NCBI GenBank assembly: GCA_965215005.1
Contig: CBDCCZ010000010.1
Coordinates: 128,001-192,000 of the forward strand
DNA length: 64,000 bases
Source of the DNA: Kofleriaceae bacterium
Lineage (GTDB): Bacteria; Myxococcota_A; Polyangia; Haliangiales; Haliangiaceae
Direction: 5' to 3'
Within the stretch, counting starts at the first letter, position 1. Each line of letters begins with the position of its first letter. Of the stretch, positions 12,608 through 22,755 are shown piece after piece. The position numbers and the translations under genes are program-made. Below the pieces are notes generated by a model. It was not told where the DNA came from. It worked only from the letters and a program-made list of their open reading frames with translations, and did no database searches.

Positions 12608-13576
12608 ATGAAGACGCTCATTCTCACTCAGGCCGAGATTCGCGAGCTACTCACGATGAAGACGGTGGTCGCCGCCGTGGAGAAGGCGTTTTCGGCGCAT
12701 GGAGAGGGTCGCGCGCGGATGCCCGCGAAGGTGTACCTCTCACTCGAGGAACACCACGGCGATTTTCGCGCGATGCCTGCGTACCTCGATGGCGCCGCGG
12801 GCGTGAAGTGGGTCAACTCGCATCCGCAGAACCCGCAGCGCCATGGACTGCCGGCGGTGATGGGGACGTACGTGCTGAGCGATCCGGCGACCGCCTATCC
12901 GCTCGCCATCATGGATGCCACGCTCATCACCGCGATGCGCACCGGTGCCGCGGGCGCAGTGGCGTCTAAGTATCTTGCCCTGGAGAAGCCGCGCAGCATC
13001 GGTTTCATCGGTTGCGGCGTGCAAGCGCGGGTGTTGCTCGAGGCCCATCGTGTGGTCTACGGCGACCTCGAGCTCAAGATGGCAGACCAAGATCCGGCAG
13101 CGGCCGCGGCGCTGGCTCGCGAAGCCGGCGGCGCTGTGGTGTCTATTGAAGACGCGGCGGCGTGCGAAATCGTCTGCACCTCGACACCATCACGAACGCC
13201 GCTGGTGCGCCGCGATTGGGTCCCCGCCGGCACCCACATCAATGCGATGGGCGCCGATGCACCCGGCAAGCAAGAGCTCGATTCGCAGCTGCTATTGGCC
13301 GCAAGAGTGGTGATTGACGACCCGGGTCAGGCGCTTCACTCCGGCGAGGTCAACGTGCCGTACCACGAGGGCAGCTTTACCGAAGCGCAGGTCTGGGCGA
13401 CCCTTGGCGAGGTCGTCGCAGGCCGGAAAACCGGCCGGCAGGCCGACGAGGTGACCATCTTCGACTCGACTGGCTTGGCCATTCAAGACCTGGCGGTTGC
13501 GCAGGTGGTCTACGAGCTCGCTCTGCAGCGCGGGGTCGGGACCGCGCTCGATCTGATGGGCACAGCGAAAGGTTGA
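12608..13576 (+). CDS. ornithine cyclodeaminase/mu-crystallin family protein, archaeal-type alanine dehydrogenase-like
   Basis: MPAKVYL..GDFRAMPAY..GVKWVNSHP, MRTGAAG, HINAMGAD, FDSTGLAIQD; GGAGGG RBS before ATG 12608. Confidence 0.88.
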   Translation: MKTLILTQAEIRELLTMKTVVAAVEKAFSAHGEGRARMPAKVYLSLEEHHGDFRAMPAYLDGAAGVKWVNSHPQNPQRHGLPAVMGTYVLSDPATAYPLAIMDATLITAMRTGAAGAVASKYLALEKPRSIGFIGCGVQARVLLEAHRVVYGDLELKMADQDPAAAAALAREAGGAVVSIEDAAACEIVCTSTPSRTPLVRRDWVPAGTHINAMGADAPGKQELDSQLLLAARVVIDDPGQALHSGEVNVPYHEGSFTEAQVWATLGEVVAGRKTGRQADEVTIFDSTGLAIQDLAVAQVVYELALQRGVGTALDLMGTAKG

Positions 13577-13703
13577 GCCTCATCTAGATCGTCGATTCGT
13601 CATCGATGCCCGGGCCGATCGGCCCTGCTGGCCACGACAGCCAAGGAAATTTTCAGCTACAAACCCCGTCGCCAAGCTCCAGGCGACTCTGGAGGTCGTT
13701 TGA

Positions 13704-13716
13704 AATCAAGCACTTA
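13704..13716 (+). promoter_or_regulatory. IHF-consensus site inside an 8-bp inverted repeat upstream of the desaturase
   Basis: AATCAAGCACTTA fits WATCAANNNNTTR; flanked by GGTCGTTT...AAACGACC. Confidence 0.4.
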
Positions 13717-13793
13717 AACGACCCTTCGCCGCCTGACACGATTATGACTCCGACATGACGCGCGACCGACGGGGGTCGCGGTAAAAGGTTTTC

Positions 13794-14711
13794 GTGAACG
13801 CCATTGCACGAGCGCAACAGCAAAGCTGGCGCACCAAATATTTCAACCTTGGCGCACTGTCCTTCTGGGGCGTGCACATCGCGGCCGTCATCGGTGCCGT
13901 GATGGTGGGCATTTCGTGGTCAGCGGTGCTGCTCACCGCGGCCGTCTACGTCGCGGGGATGTTCTTCGTCACCGGCGTCTATCACCGCTACTTCTCCCAC
14001 CGCACCTATAAAACCTCACGCGCGTTTCAGTTCGTGCTCGGACTCCTCGCGCAGTGCACCACGCAGAAAGGCATCCTGTGGTGGTCGCATCACCACCGGC
14101 ATCATCATCGTGCCTCCGATCAGCCCGACGATTTGCACTCGCCCGCGCACGGCGGCTTCTGGTGGTCTCACCACGGCTGGATCCTCTGCGACAACTTCGA
14201 GTCCACCGACTACTCAAAAATTAAAGACTTCGCGCGCTATCCCGAGCTGGTGTTTCTCAACAAAACCCATCTCCTATACCCGATCGCCTATGGCGTCATC
14301 TCCTACTTGATTGGCGGCTCCTTCGGTTTGGTTTGGGGATTCTTCGTGCCGACGGTGTTTCTGTGGCACGGCACCTTCACGATCAACTCGCTGTCCCACG
14401 TTTGGGGCTCGCGGCGCTACGAGACCACGGACACCTCGCGCAACAACTTCGTCCTGGCCCTCATCACGCTTGGCGAGGGCTGGCACAACAACCACCACCA
14501 CTACCAAGCGTCCTGCAAGCAGGGCTTCCGCTGGTATGAGATCGACATCACCTATTACATCCTCCGCGCTCTCGCTGCCGTCGGGTTGATCTGGGATATC
14601 AAAACTGCTCCCGCCCACGTCATCGAGAATCGCCCCAACGACAAGGCAACGCAGCTTGGCGTCGAGCGGCCGCAAGCCGCGCCCAGCCTTAGCGCCAAAC
14701 GCGCCGCGTAG
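13794..14711 (+). CDS. delta-9 acyl-CoA/acyl-lipid desaturase
   Basis: His boxes HRYFSH, HRHHH, HNNHH (GEGWHNNHH); hydrophobic segments. Confidence 0.95.
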   Translation: MNAIARAQQQSWRTKYFNLGALSFWGVHIAAVIGAVMVGISWSAVLLTAAVYVAGMFFVTGVYHRYFSHRTYKTSRAFQFVLGLLAQCTTQKGILWWSHHHRHHHRASDQPDDLHSPAHGGFWWSHHGWILCDNFESTDYSKIKDFARYPELVFLNKTHLLYPIAYGVISYLIGGSFGLVWGFFVPTVFLWHGTFTINSLSHVWGSRRYETTDTSRNNFVLALITLGEGWHNNHHHYQASCKQGFRWYEIDITYYILRALAAVGLIWDIKTAPAHVIENRPNDKATQLGVERPQAAPSLSAKRAA

Positions 14712-14848
14712 CGCCTGATGCCCCTGGCGGCAACCCCGCCGCTCCGCATTTCCTCCGGATTACGGAAATCCAGCCTCGCTACCACAAGGCAGCCGTCAAG
14801 TTTCGCGCCCCTGCCACCGCGTTCCTGCGCCGCGCCCAGCTCACGCTG

Positions 14849-15721
14849 ATGCTCGCCACGCTGGTGCCGACGATCCTCATGACCGCTCTGGGCATCGTGC
14901 TCCTGGCCATTGGCGCCGGCACCATTCCCCTCATTTTCGGAATCCTGGTGATCGTCTTCTGCACGACCGCCATCACCGGTTATATCCTCGGCTCGATCTT
15001 CGTGAGCCGCGGTGCGTCCATGGCGCGGGTTCAGAACGACTTTTTGTCGGCGGTGTCACACGAGCTGCGGACGCCGCTCACCTCGATCGGCTTGTTCCTC
15101 GAGACCCTGCGCGATGAGCGCCTCACCGATCCAGCAGAAAAAGACAAGTGCTTCTCGCTGCTCAATCAAGAGGTTGCGCGGCTAAGTGGGCTGGTGGAGC
15201 GGCTGCTTGAGCTGTCGCGCATCGAGACCGGCAAGCAGATTTACGCGCGCGCTCCCGTGAAGGTTGCCGACCTCGTCAGCGACGCCATCACCGCGTTCGA
15301 TGCGGCGACCATGGCCGAGCCGGTGAGCGTAGCCTGCGAGCTCGCCGACCCCGAGCTCGCCGTGATCGGCGACCGCGCTTCACTGGCCCAGGCGCTGCTC
15401 AACTTGCTCACCAACGCCTGGAAATACACCCCTGTCGCCGACAAGCAGATCCGCATCGTCGCGGCAACGGCACAGAAGCGCAATCGCGTCGAGATTTCGG
15501 TTCTCGACAACGGCCCCGGCGTGCCGCGCGGGGAGCAGAAGCAAATTTTTGAAAAGTTCGAGCGCGGTCGCTCGGCGATCGACAGTCGCACGGAGGGTAT
15601 AGGCTTGGGCCTGGCCACGGTGGTGGCCATCGTGCGAGCCAATCGCGGTACGATCGAGCTGCGCTCGCGTGGCGGACAAGGCAGTGAGTTTCGCCTGCTA
15701 CTGCGGAAGGCACCTCCATGA
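14849..15721 (+). CDS. membrane sensor histidine kinase
   Basis: Two TM helices, VSHELRTPL, NLLTNAWKY, DNGPG, GIGLGL; true start may lie ~50 nt upstream (frame stays open). Confidence 0.9.
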   Translation: MLATLVPTILMTALGIVLLAIGAGTIPLIFGILVIVFCTTAITGYILGSIFVSRGASMARVQNDFLSAVSHELRTPLTSIGLFLETLRDERLTDPAEKDKCFSLLNQEVARLSGLVERLLELSRIETGKQIYARAPVKVADLVSDAITAFDAATMAEPVSVACELADPELAVIGDRASLAQALLNLLTNAWKYTPVADKQIRIVAATAQKRNRVEISVLDNGPGVPRGEQKQIFEKFERGRSAIDSRTEGIGLGLATVVAIVRANRGTIELRSRGGQGSEFRLLLRKAPP

Positions 15722-16413
15722 GCATCCGGCCCACGATCCTCATCGTCGAAGACGACGAAGCCATCGCCACGGCTCTCGCTCTGAACCTGCGCATTGCCCA
15801 CTACGAAGCGGAAGTCGTTCACGACGGTGAGGCGGTGCTCACCCGCGTAGAAGAGCGCAGCCCCGACCTGATCTTGCTCGACATCAACCTTCCCAAGCGC
15901 GACGGCTTATCGGTGCTGGCCGAGCTACGCAAACGCGGCGAGTTGGTCCCCGTGGTGGTGCTTTCGGCGCGCGAGGGCGAGTATGACAAGGTCGCCGCGC
16001 TGCGAATGGGTGCCGATGACTACGTCACCAAACCTTTTGCGCTGGCCGAGCTGCTCGCTCGCATTGATGCGGTTCTGCGCCGCTACCAAGTCTCCTCCGC
16101 CAACTCGTCCCCCACAGAACCGGTTCGCTTCGGCGACGTGGAGGTCGACCTCGAGACTCGTACCGTGACTCATAAAGGCTCGGACGTGCGGCTCACCCAC
16201 CTGGAGTTCGAGCTACTGAGCTATCTCGTTCGCCACCCGTCGCGGGTTTTTGCGCGTCACGAGCTGTTGCGCAATGTCTGGGGGCAAGGAAGCGGCTCGC
16301 AGCGCACCGTCGACAACTTCGTCGGGCAGCTGCGCGGCAAGCTCGAGACTGACGCTGAGCATCCGCAGCACTTCATCACCATTCGCGGCGCTGGCTATCG
16401 CTTCGACCCCTGA
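15718..16413 (+). CDS. OmpR/PhoB family response regulator
   Basis: IVEDD, LLDINLP, GADDYVTKPF, RTVDNFV, TIRGAGYRF; ATGA overlap with the kinase. Confidence 0.95.
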   Translation: MSIRPTILIVEDDEAIATALALNLRIAHYEAEVVHDGEAVLTRVEERSPDLILLDINLPKRDGLSVLAELRKRGELVPVVVLSAREGEYDKVAALRMGADDYVTKPFALAELLARIDAVLRRYQVSSANSSPTEPVRFGDVEVDLETRTVTHKGSDVRLTHLEFELLSYLVRHPSRVFARHELLRNVWGQGSGSQRTVDNFVGQLRGKLETDAEHPQHFITIRGAGYRFDP

Positions 16414-16483
16414 AGCGGTGCAGCGAGCGCCCGCCGCGCCGATTTCTGGCCCTCGCGCGCAAGGCACGTACTCTCGGGGCGAG

Positions 16484-17488
16484 ATGTCTCGCTTCACCCT
16501 CCTCGCCTGCATCGTTCTCATCACCTCCTCGCGCACGGCGCACGCCAGCACGCACGTGGTGCAGCCGGGACAGTCGCTGTGGTCCATCGCCGAGCGCTAC
16601 GGATGCACCGTGACGAGCCTCCGCCAGCGAAACCAGCTGAGTGGCGACTTGATCACGCCCGGCCAACGGCTCTCCGTCGACTGCGCCAGCCAAGCTCAAT
16701 CCGCCGCCGAGGTGGTGCGCTACGCGGTGCAGCCAGGCGACACGTTGACCTCAATCGCCGCTCGCTTCGCCACCACGATCGATGAGCTGATTCGCCGCAA
16801 CGAGCTCCACGGCGACGTTATCTACGCGGGGCAGTCGCTGGCAGTGCAGCCCGGCTCGAGCGAGTTAGGCCGCCCGGTGATCGGGCAAAGCGTCGGGCGC
16901 TGCAACGGCGGCCGGCTCGTTGGCGGCATGCAGCTTGGACCTGGCGCCGGCTACGTCGTTCGCCGCGCCGACCTCGCCTGGGGCGCGCAACACACGGTGC
17001 AGCGGGTGCGACGTGCCATTGCGTACGTTCGGCGGCAGTTTCCGCGGGTGCATGCGCTGGCCGTTGGCGATATCTCGGCCGAGCGCGGCGGTCGCTTGCC
17101 CGATCATCGCTCCCACCAAAGCGGTCGCGACGTCGATATCGGTCTCTATTTTCATCGCCTGCCGCGCGGTTATCCCGAAGAGTTCGCCCCGGCCGACGCT
17201 AGGACGCTCAATTTCGCCGCCACCTGGGCGCTCATCGAAGCGCTGGCCGCGACCGCAAGCGAAGACGGCGGCGTGCAGGTCATCTTTCTCAACTACGGCG
17301 TGCAGCAGATGCTCTACGCATGGGCACGCAAGCAACCCGACATCTCGCGAGCAACTCTCGAGGCGATCCTGCAATATCCGCGCGGCCAGGGCGCCGCCGC
17401 GGGCATCGTTCGCCATACCCGCGGCCATTACGCCCATCTGCACGTGCGCTTTCGCTGTCCCACGGCCGATCCCGCGTGCGTGCCCTGA
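16484..17488 (+). CDS. 2x LysM plus MepA-like penicillin-insensitive murein endopeptidase
   Basis: Signal peptide; LysM HVVQPGQSLWSIA and YAVQPGDTLTSIA; HRSHQSGRDVD and HYAHLHVR zinc motifs. Confidence 0.87.
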   Translation: MSRFTLLACIVLITSSRTAHASTHVVQPGQSLWSIAERYGCTVTSLRQRNQLSGDLITPGQRLSVDCASQAQSAAEVVRYAVQPGDTLTSIAARFATTIDELIRRNELHGDVIYAGQSLAVQPGSSELGRPVIGQSVGRCNGGRLVGGMQLGPGAGYVVRRADLAWGAQHTVQRVRRAIAYVRRQFPRVHALAVGDISAERGGRLPDHRSHQSGRDVDIGLYFHRLPRGYPEEFAPADARTLNFAATWALIEALAATASEDGGVQVIFLNYGVQQMLYAWARKQPDISRATLEAILQYPRGQGAAAGIVRHTRGHYAHLHVRFRCPTADPACVP

Positions 17489-17501
17489 ATCGCCGGATGC
17501 G

Positions 17502-19031
17502 TTACCAGAGCTTGCGCAATACCTCGCCCGCTCGGTCGACGACGCCACCGCCATAGAGCTGCGTGATCATGCCGCGCACCCGCTCGTACGTGCCTTTGGG
17601 CAGGTTGAAGCTCAGGAGGTTGAGGGGCAGTGAGAATCGCTGCTCTGCGGTGGCCTTGGTGCGAGTGAATTCGCGCAGGCCCTCATCGCCGTGGATTCGG
17701 CCAAAGCCGGATTCGCCGACCCCGCCGAAGGGCAAGTTGGGAATGGCGGCGAACGAGAGCACCGAGTTGATGGCCGTCATGCCGGCGCGGATGCGGTCCG
17801 CAAGCTCTTGGATGCCCGCCTTGCCGAACACCGCCGACCCTAGGCCGAAGTTGCTGGCGTTGGCCAAGCGCAGCGCCTCCTCGGTGCTGCCAACCTTCAC
17901 CAACGGCAGCACTGGTCCGAACGTCTCTTCGCGGAGGATCTTCATATCCGGCGTCAGATCCGCGAGCACCATGGGCGCGATGAAGTTGCCGTGAATGCCT
18001 TCGAGCTCGCCAAGCAGCAGCCGCGCGCCTTTGTCGAGCGCGTCGCGCACGTGGTCGCGCACGATTTCTACCTGCTGTGGGCTCGTCATCGCACCGATAT
18101 GATCGTCCTCGCTCGCGCCGGTTCGCAGCTTGCGCGCCTCTTCGAGCACCTTGGCAACGAAGTGATCGTAAATCGGCGCGACCACGTAAGCGCGCTCGAT
18201 CGAGACGCAAGCTTGGCCTGCGTTGGACAATGCGCCAAACACCGCCGCCTCGGCCGCCTTATCGAGATCGGCGTCTTCGGCGACGATCAGCGGGTCTTTG
18301 CCGCCGAGCTCCATCAACACCGGCGTTAGACGCTCGGCTGCCGCGGCCATGACTTTCTTACCCGTCGCCGCCGATCCCGTGAACGCGATCTTATCCACTT
18401 CGCCGCCAGCCAGCGCCGCACCGGTTGCGCCCCCGCCGATGACTATCTGCAAGACGTTGGGGATGGCGATGCTTTCTGCGGCGATTTCGCCGAGCAAGCG
18501 GCCGACCAGCGGGGTGAGCTCCGAGGGCTTGAACACCACCGCATTGCCGGCGGCCAGTGCATACGCGATGGAGCCCATGGGCGTGAATATCGGGTAGTTC
18601 CACGGGCCGATGACGCCAACCACGCCCACCGGGTGGTAGCTGATGCGAGCCCGAAAATTGGCCATGATGCCGGCAGACACCGTCTGGGGGGCCAACGCTT
18701 TCTCGGCGCGCGCCGCTGCGTGCGCCAAATGGCTCACCGCCATCATCACCTCGATCATCGCGTCGAGCCGCGGCTTGCCATTCTCCCGATGCACCAGATC
18801 CGCGATGTCGTCGGCGCGCGCTGCCAGAGCCCGGCGATACCGCGCTAGCTCCGCGCGCCGCTCGTGATAGCCAATGGCGCTCCATTCTTCGAACGCAGCG
18901 CGCGCCCGAACGATGGCTGATGCGACTGCCCCAGGGCCGTCGATGGGAAGCGCGCCGATGACTTCATCGGTCGCGGGATTTTTGCTCTCGAGGAGCTCGT
19001 TACGCGCTGCGGCTTGCTCGGTGGCGACCAT
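17502..19031 (-). CDS. aldehyde dehydrogenase
   Basis: PWNYP, KPSE, FTGS, MELGGKD, NAGQACVS, EETFGP; GGAGGG before ATG 19031 (alternative start 19043). Confidence 0.95.
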   Translation of the reverse strand: MVATEQAAARNELLESKNPATDEVIGALPIDGPGAVASAIVRARAAFEEWSAIGYHERRAELARYRRALAARADDIADLVHRENGKPRLDAMIEVMMAVSHLAHAAARAEKALAPQTVSAGIMANFRARISYHPVGVVGVIGPWNYPIFTPMGSIAYALAAGNAVVFKPSELTPLVGRLLGEIAAESIAIPNVLQIVIGGGATGAALAGGEVDKIAFTGSAATGKKVMAAAAERLTPVLMELGGKDPLIVAEDADLDKAAEAAVFGALSNAGQACVSIERAYVVAPIYDHFVAKVLEEARKLRTGASEDDHIGAMTSPQQVEIVRDHVRDALDKGARLLLGELEGIHGNFIAPMVLADLTPDMKILREETFGPVLPLVKVGSTEEALRLANASNFGLGSAVFGKAGIQELADRIRAGMTAINSVLSFAAIPNLPFGGVGESGFGRIHGDEGLREFTRTKATAEQRFSLPLNLLSFNLPKGTYERVRGMITQLYGGGVVDRAGEVLRKLW

Positions 19032-19157
19032 CTCACCCTCCATGTGCGGTGTGCGAGCTGGAGCCTAGCACCGGCAGCCCTGCTGACCTGCGCGCTCGAG
19101 CCGCCGTCGCGCTGACGTTGCGACCGCCGGGGGGAAATCCGCCATGCGTCGTCGCGC

Positions 19158-19430
19158 TTAGGCAAGCTCGACCGCGGCACCGTCGTGGCAATTTGCCGAC
19201 ACGCCGCCTGCCCCTTCGGTAGACGCACGCCGCCACGCATTCTGCAGCGCCTGCTGGCACGCGCGATCCTGCTCTTCGGGGGTGAGCGCAGAGGCATCGA
19301 GAACCGCTTGCAGCTGCTCGCGCAGGCGCGCCTCGGTGCGCGCGAGCTGCTGAGCCTGCAGCGTTAGGAGCACCCGGGCATACACGAGATGATCGATGAA
19401 TCGCTGGGGATCACGAGCGGATGACTTCAC
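19158..19430 (-). CDS. small hypothetical helical protein
   Basis: GTG 19430 preceded by GGAG; protein-like composition (RFIDHLVYARVLL..); fills the gap between co-oriented genes. Confidence 0.4.
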   Translation of the reverse strand: MKSSARDPQRFIDHLVYARVLLTLQAQQLARTEARLREQLQAVLDASALTPEEQDRACQQALQNAWRRASTEGAGGVSANCHDGAAVELA

Positions 19431-19540
19431 GCTCCCGTATTCTGCAGGCGCGGTGCCAGCGGCGGAGCTCTGCAAGTGCACGGAATGGCCACGGTGACCG
19501 CGCCGATGAGCGGTGCGGCGTCGGCGATATTGACGTCGTC

Positions 19541-20041
19541 TCAGCTCTGCGCCGCGCGAGCTCCCCAGCGACTCGTCCACCAGCCGGCAAACACTCCGAG
19601 GCCTGCACCGGCGAAATAGGCGATCACGCTAGGCCCGAGGGTCACTCCGCTGTAGCCAGGAAACAACGAAATGAAGACGCCGCCCATCACCGCAGCGGTG
19701 ACCGAAGAAACGACTAGCAGCCGCCCAGCGAGCCGCCCTCGCAGGTTTGCCGCGAGCACCAGCAGCACCACCACGGCAGCGACTACGACGATGAGCGAGG
19801 CGACCGAAGCCGAGAGCGCAGCGCGATAGAAGTTTCCGGCGCCGCGAAATCCATCGGCGAGCGAGACCACGAAGCAATCGCGCGTTGCGGTGCGGCAATA
19901 TTCGGCGCTGCCGAGGCCGATGGCGGCATCGATCTCGGAGTTGCCGCCGGTCCACCACCAGCGGGTCTGCGCACCGGCGACGATCAGGCCGCCAGCCAGC
20001 AGCGCGAGCGCCGCACCGACCATCCGCTCGTGCTTGTTCAT
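19541..20041 (-). CDS. four-TM membrane protein with claudin/PMP22-like layout
   Basis: Four hydrophobic segments; first loop W..IGL..C-x6-C..R. Confidence 0.7.
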   Translation of the reverse strand: MNKHERMVGAALALLAGGLIVAGAQTRWWWTGGNSEIDAAIGLGSAEYCRTATRDCFVVSLADGFRGAGNFYRAALSASVASLIVVVAAVVVLLVLAANLRGRLAGRLLVVSSVTAAVMGGVFISLFPGYSGVTLGPSVIAYFAGAGLGVFAGWWTSRWGARAAQS

Positions 20042-20107
20042 GGTGGCGCGCATAGAAGCAGAGGTGCACGAAGCGCGCAACCCGTGAGCCCCTGGCTCTC
20101 CTTTGGA

Positions 20108-21004
<897 letters not shown>

Positions 21005-21063
21005 GACGGCGGTATGTACCACGCTGGCTTGCGTGGCCGCGCACCGACGCATAACGTTTCGCC

Positions 21064-22755
21064 ATGTCTACGTCGGCCTCGCAGGCGCGCCCGCCGCTCA
21101 ACGCCGACCGCCTCGCCCGCGACTTGGAGAAGATCCTCGGCCCGCGCCGGGTCTCCATGCGCGACGTCGATCGCGCCACCTACGCGCGCGATATGTGGCC
21201 GCGGCTGCTCTTAACGATTCGCGCCGGCGAGCCGCTGCCGCATCGCCCCGACGCGGTGGTATGGCCTGAAACCACCCGCGAGGTGGCTGCGGTGGTGCGG
21301 GTGGCACGGACGCACGGCCTGCCCATCATCCCCTACGGCGGCGGCAGCGGCGTTTGCGGCGGCGTCGTGCCCCTCTACGGCGGCATCACCGTGGACCTAA
21401 AGCGCATGGACCGGTTCATCTCGGTCGATGGCGACGAGATGGTGTGCGAAGTCGAAGCAGGCGCCAACGGCCAGCGATTCGAACGCGAGCTCGAACGTCG
21501 CGGCTATACCTTCGGCAACTTTCCGTCGTCGATCTATTGCTCCACGGTCGGCGGCTGGTTGGCCACGCGCGCGGCCGGCCAGATGTCCACGAAGTACGGC
21601 AAGGTCGAGGACCGTGTCGTGGGCGTCACCATGGTCACAGGACGCGGCGAGGTGATCACCACCGACGGCTTGGCGCGCGCAAGCCGCGGCCCCAACTGGA
21701 CCCAGCTCCTCGTCGGCAGCGAAGGAACCCTCGGCATCATGACCTCCGCGCGACTTCGGGTTGCCACCGCGCCCGCCTTGCGAGTGCTGCGCGGGTTCGA
21801 GTTCGAGAGCGTAGCAGCGGGCCTCGAGGCGATTCGACGTGTGATGCAAAAGGGCCTGCGGCCGGCCGTGGTGCGTCTTTACGACGAGGTCGATACCTTT
21901 CTCGCCAGCACCAAGAGCGAGCACGACGCGCCGGCGCGGGATCCCGCGCGCTTTGCACCGGTGCCAGCGGCCGCCGAGGGCGCCCTACCGGCAATGCCGC
22001 GGCGACAGCCAGACGGAGGCGGCGCCGTGGCGCGTGCCCTCGCGCTCCTCACCGGCTCGGGCAATTACGGGCTGCGACAAACGCTGCAGCAACGAGCGAT
22101 GGCCGTGATTCTTGGCCAGCCCCGGCTGATCAACAACGTGGCTGGACAGCTCGTGGAGCGGTTCACCAACAAAGGCTGCAAGCTCATCATCGGCGTCGAA
22201 GGCGCGCGCATTCGCACCGAGGTCGAAGCCCAGCTCACACTCGCGGAGCTCGAGCGCGCCGGCGGCAAGGACCTCGGTGAGGAGCCGGGACGACGCTGGC
22301 TCGAGCATCGCTACGCCGTGAGCTATCGAATGTCGCCGGTGTTTCGCGACGGCGCCTTCGTCGACACCATGGAAGTTGCCGCAACGTGGGAGCGACTACT
22401 CGACTTATATGATTCGGTGCGCGAAGCAATCGGGCGCCACGCGCTGGTGATGGCGCACTTCTCTCACGCCTATCAAGAGGGCTGCTCGATCTACTTCACG
22501 TTCGTCGCCTATGGCTCGAGCCGCCACGAGTCCGAGCGCATCTATGATGCGATCTGGCGGGAGGGCTTGGCGGCGACCTCTCGCGTCGGCGGCACCATCA
22601 GTCATCATCACGGCGTCGGCCTGCTCAAGTCGGCACAGATGAGCGCCGAGCACCGCGAAGCGATGACGATCCTGCGAGCGCTCAAGCAGACCTTCGACCC
22701 CGACAACGTGATGAACCCCGGCAAGCTTGGGCTCGCTGCAGGCGCGTATCGATGA
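21064..22755 (+). CDS. FAD-linked oxidase, alkyl-dihydroxyacetonephosphate synthase-like (GlcD/AGPS family)
   Basis: PYGGGSGVCGG, STVGGWLATR, GSEGTLG, AHFSHAY, GGTISHHHGVG, DPDNVMNPGKL. Confidence 0.88.
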   Translation: MSTSASQARPPLNADRLARDLEKILGPRRVSMRDVDRATYARDMWPRLLLTIRAGEPLPHRPDAVVWPETTREVAAVVRVARTHGLPIIPYGGGSGVCGGVVPLYGGITVDLKRMDRFISVDGDEMVCEVEAGANGQRFERELERRGYTFGNFPSSIYCSTVGGWLATRAAGQMSTKYGKVEDRVVGVTMVTGRGEVITTDGLARASRGPNWTQLLVGSEGTLGIMTSARLRVATAPALRVLRGFEFESVAAGLEAIRRVMQKGLRPAVVRLYDEVDTFLASTKSEHDAPARDPARFAPVPAAAEGALPAMPRRQPDGGGAVARALALLTGSGNYGLRQTLQQRAMAVILGQPRLINNVAGQLVERFTNKGCKLIIGVEGARIRTEVEAQLTLAELERAGGKDLGEEPGRRWLEHRYAVSYRMSPVFRDGAFVDTMEVAATWERLLDLYDSVREAIGRHALVMAHFSHAYQEGCSIYFTFVAYGSSRHESERIYDAIWREGLAATSRVGGTISHHHGVGLLKSAQMSAEHREAMTILRALKQTFDPDNVMNPGKLGLAAGAYR

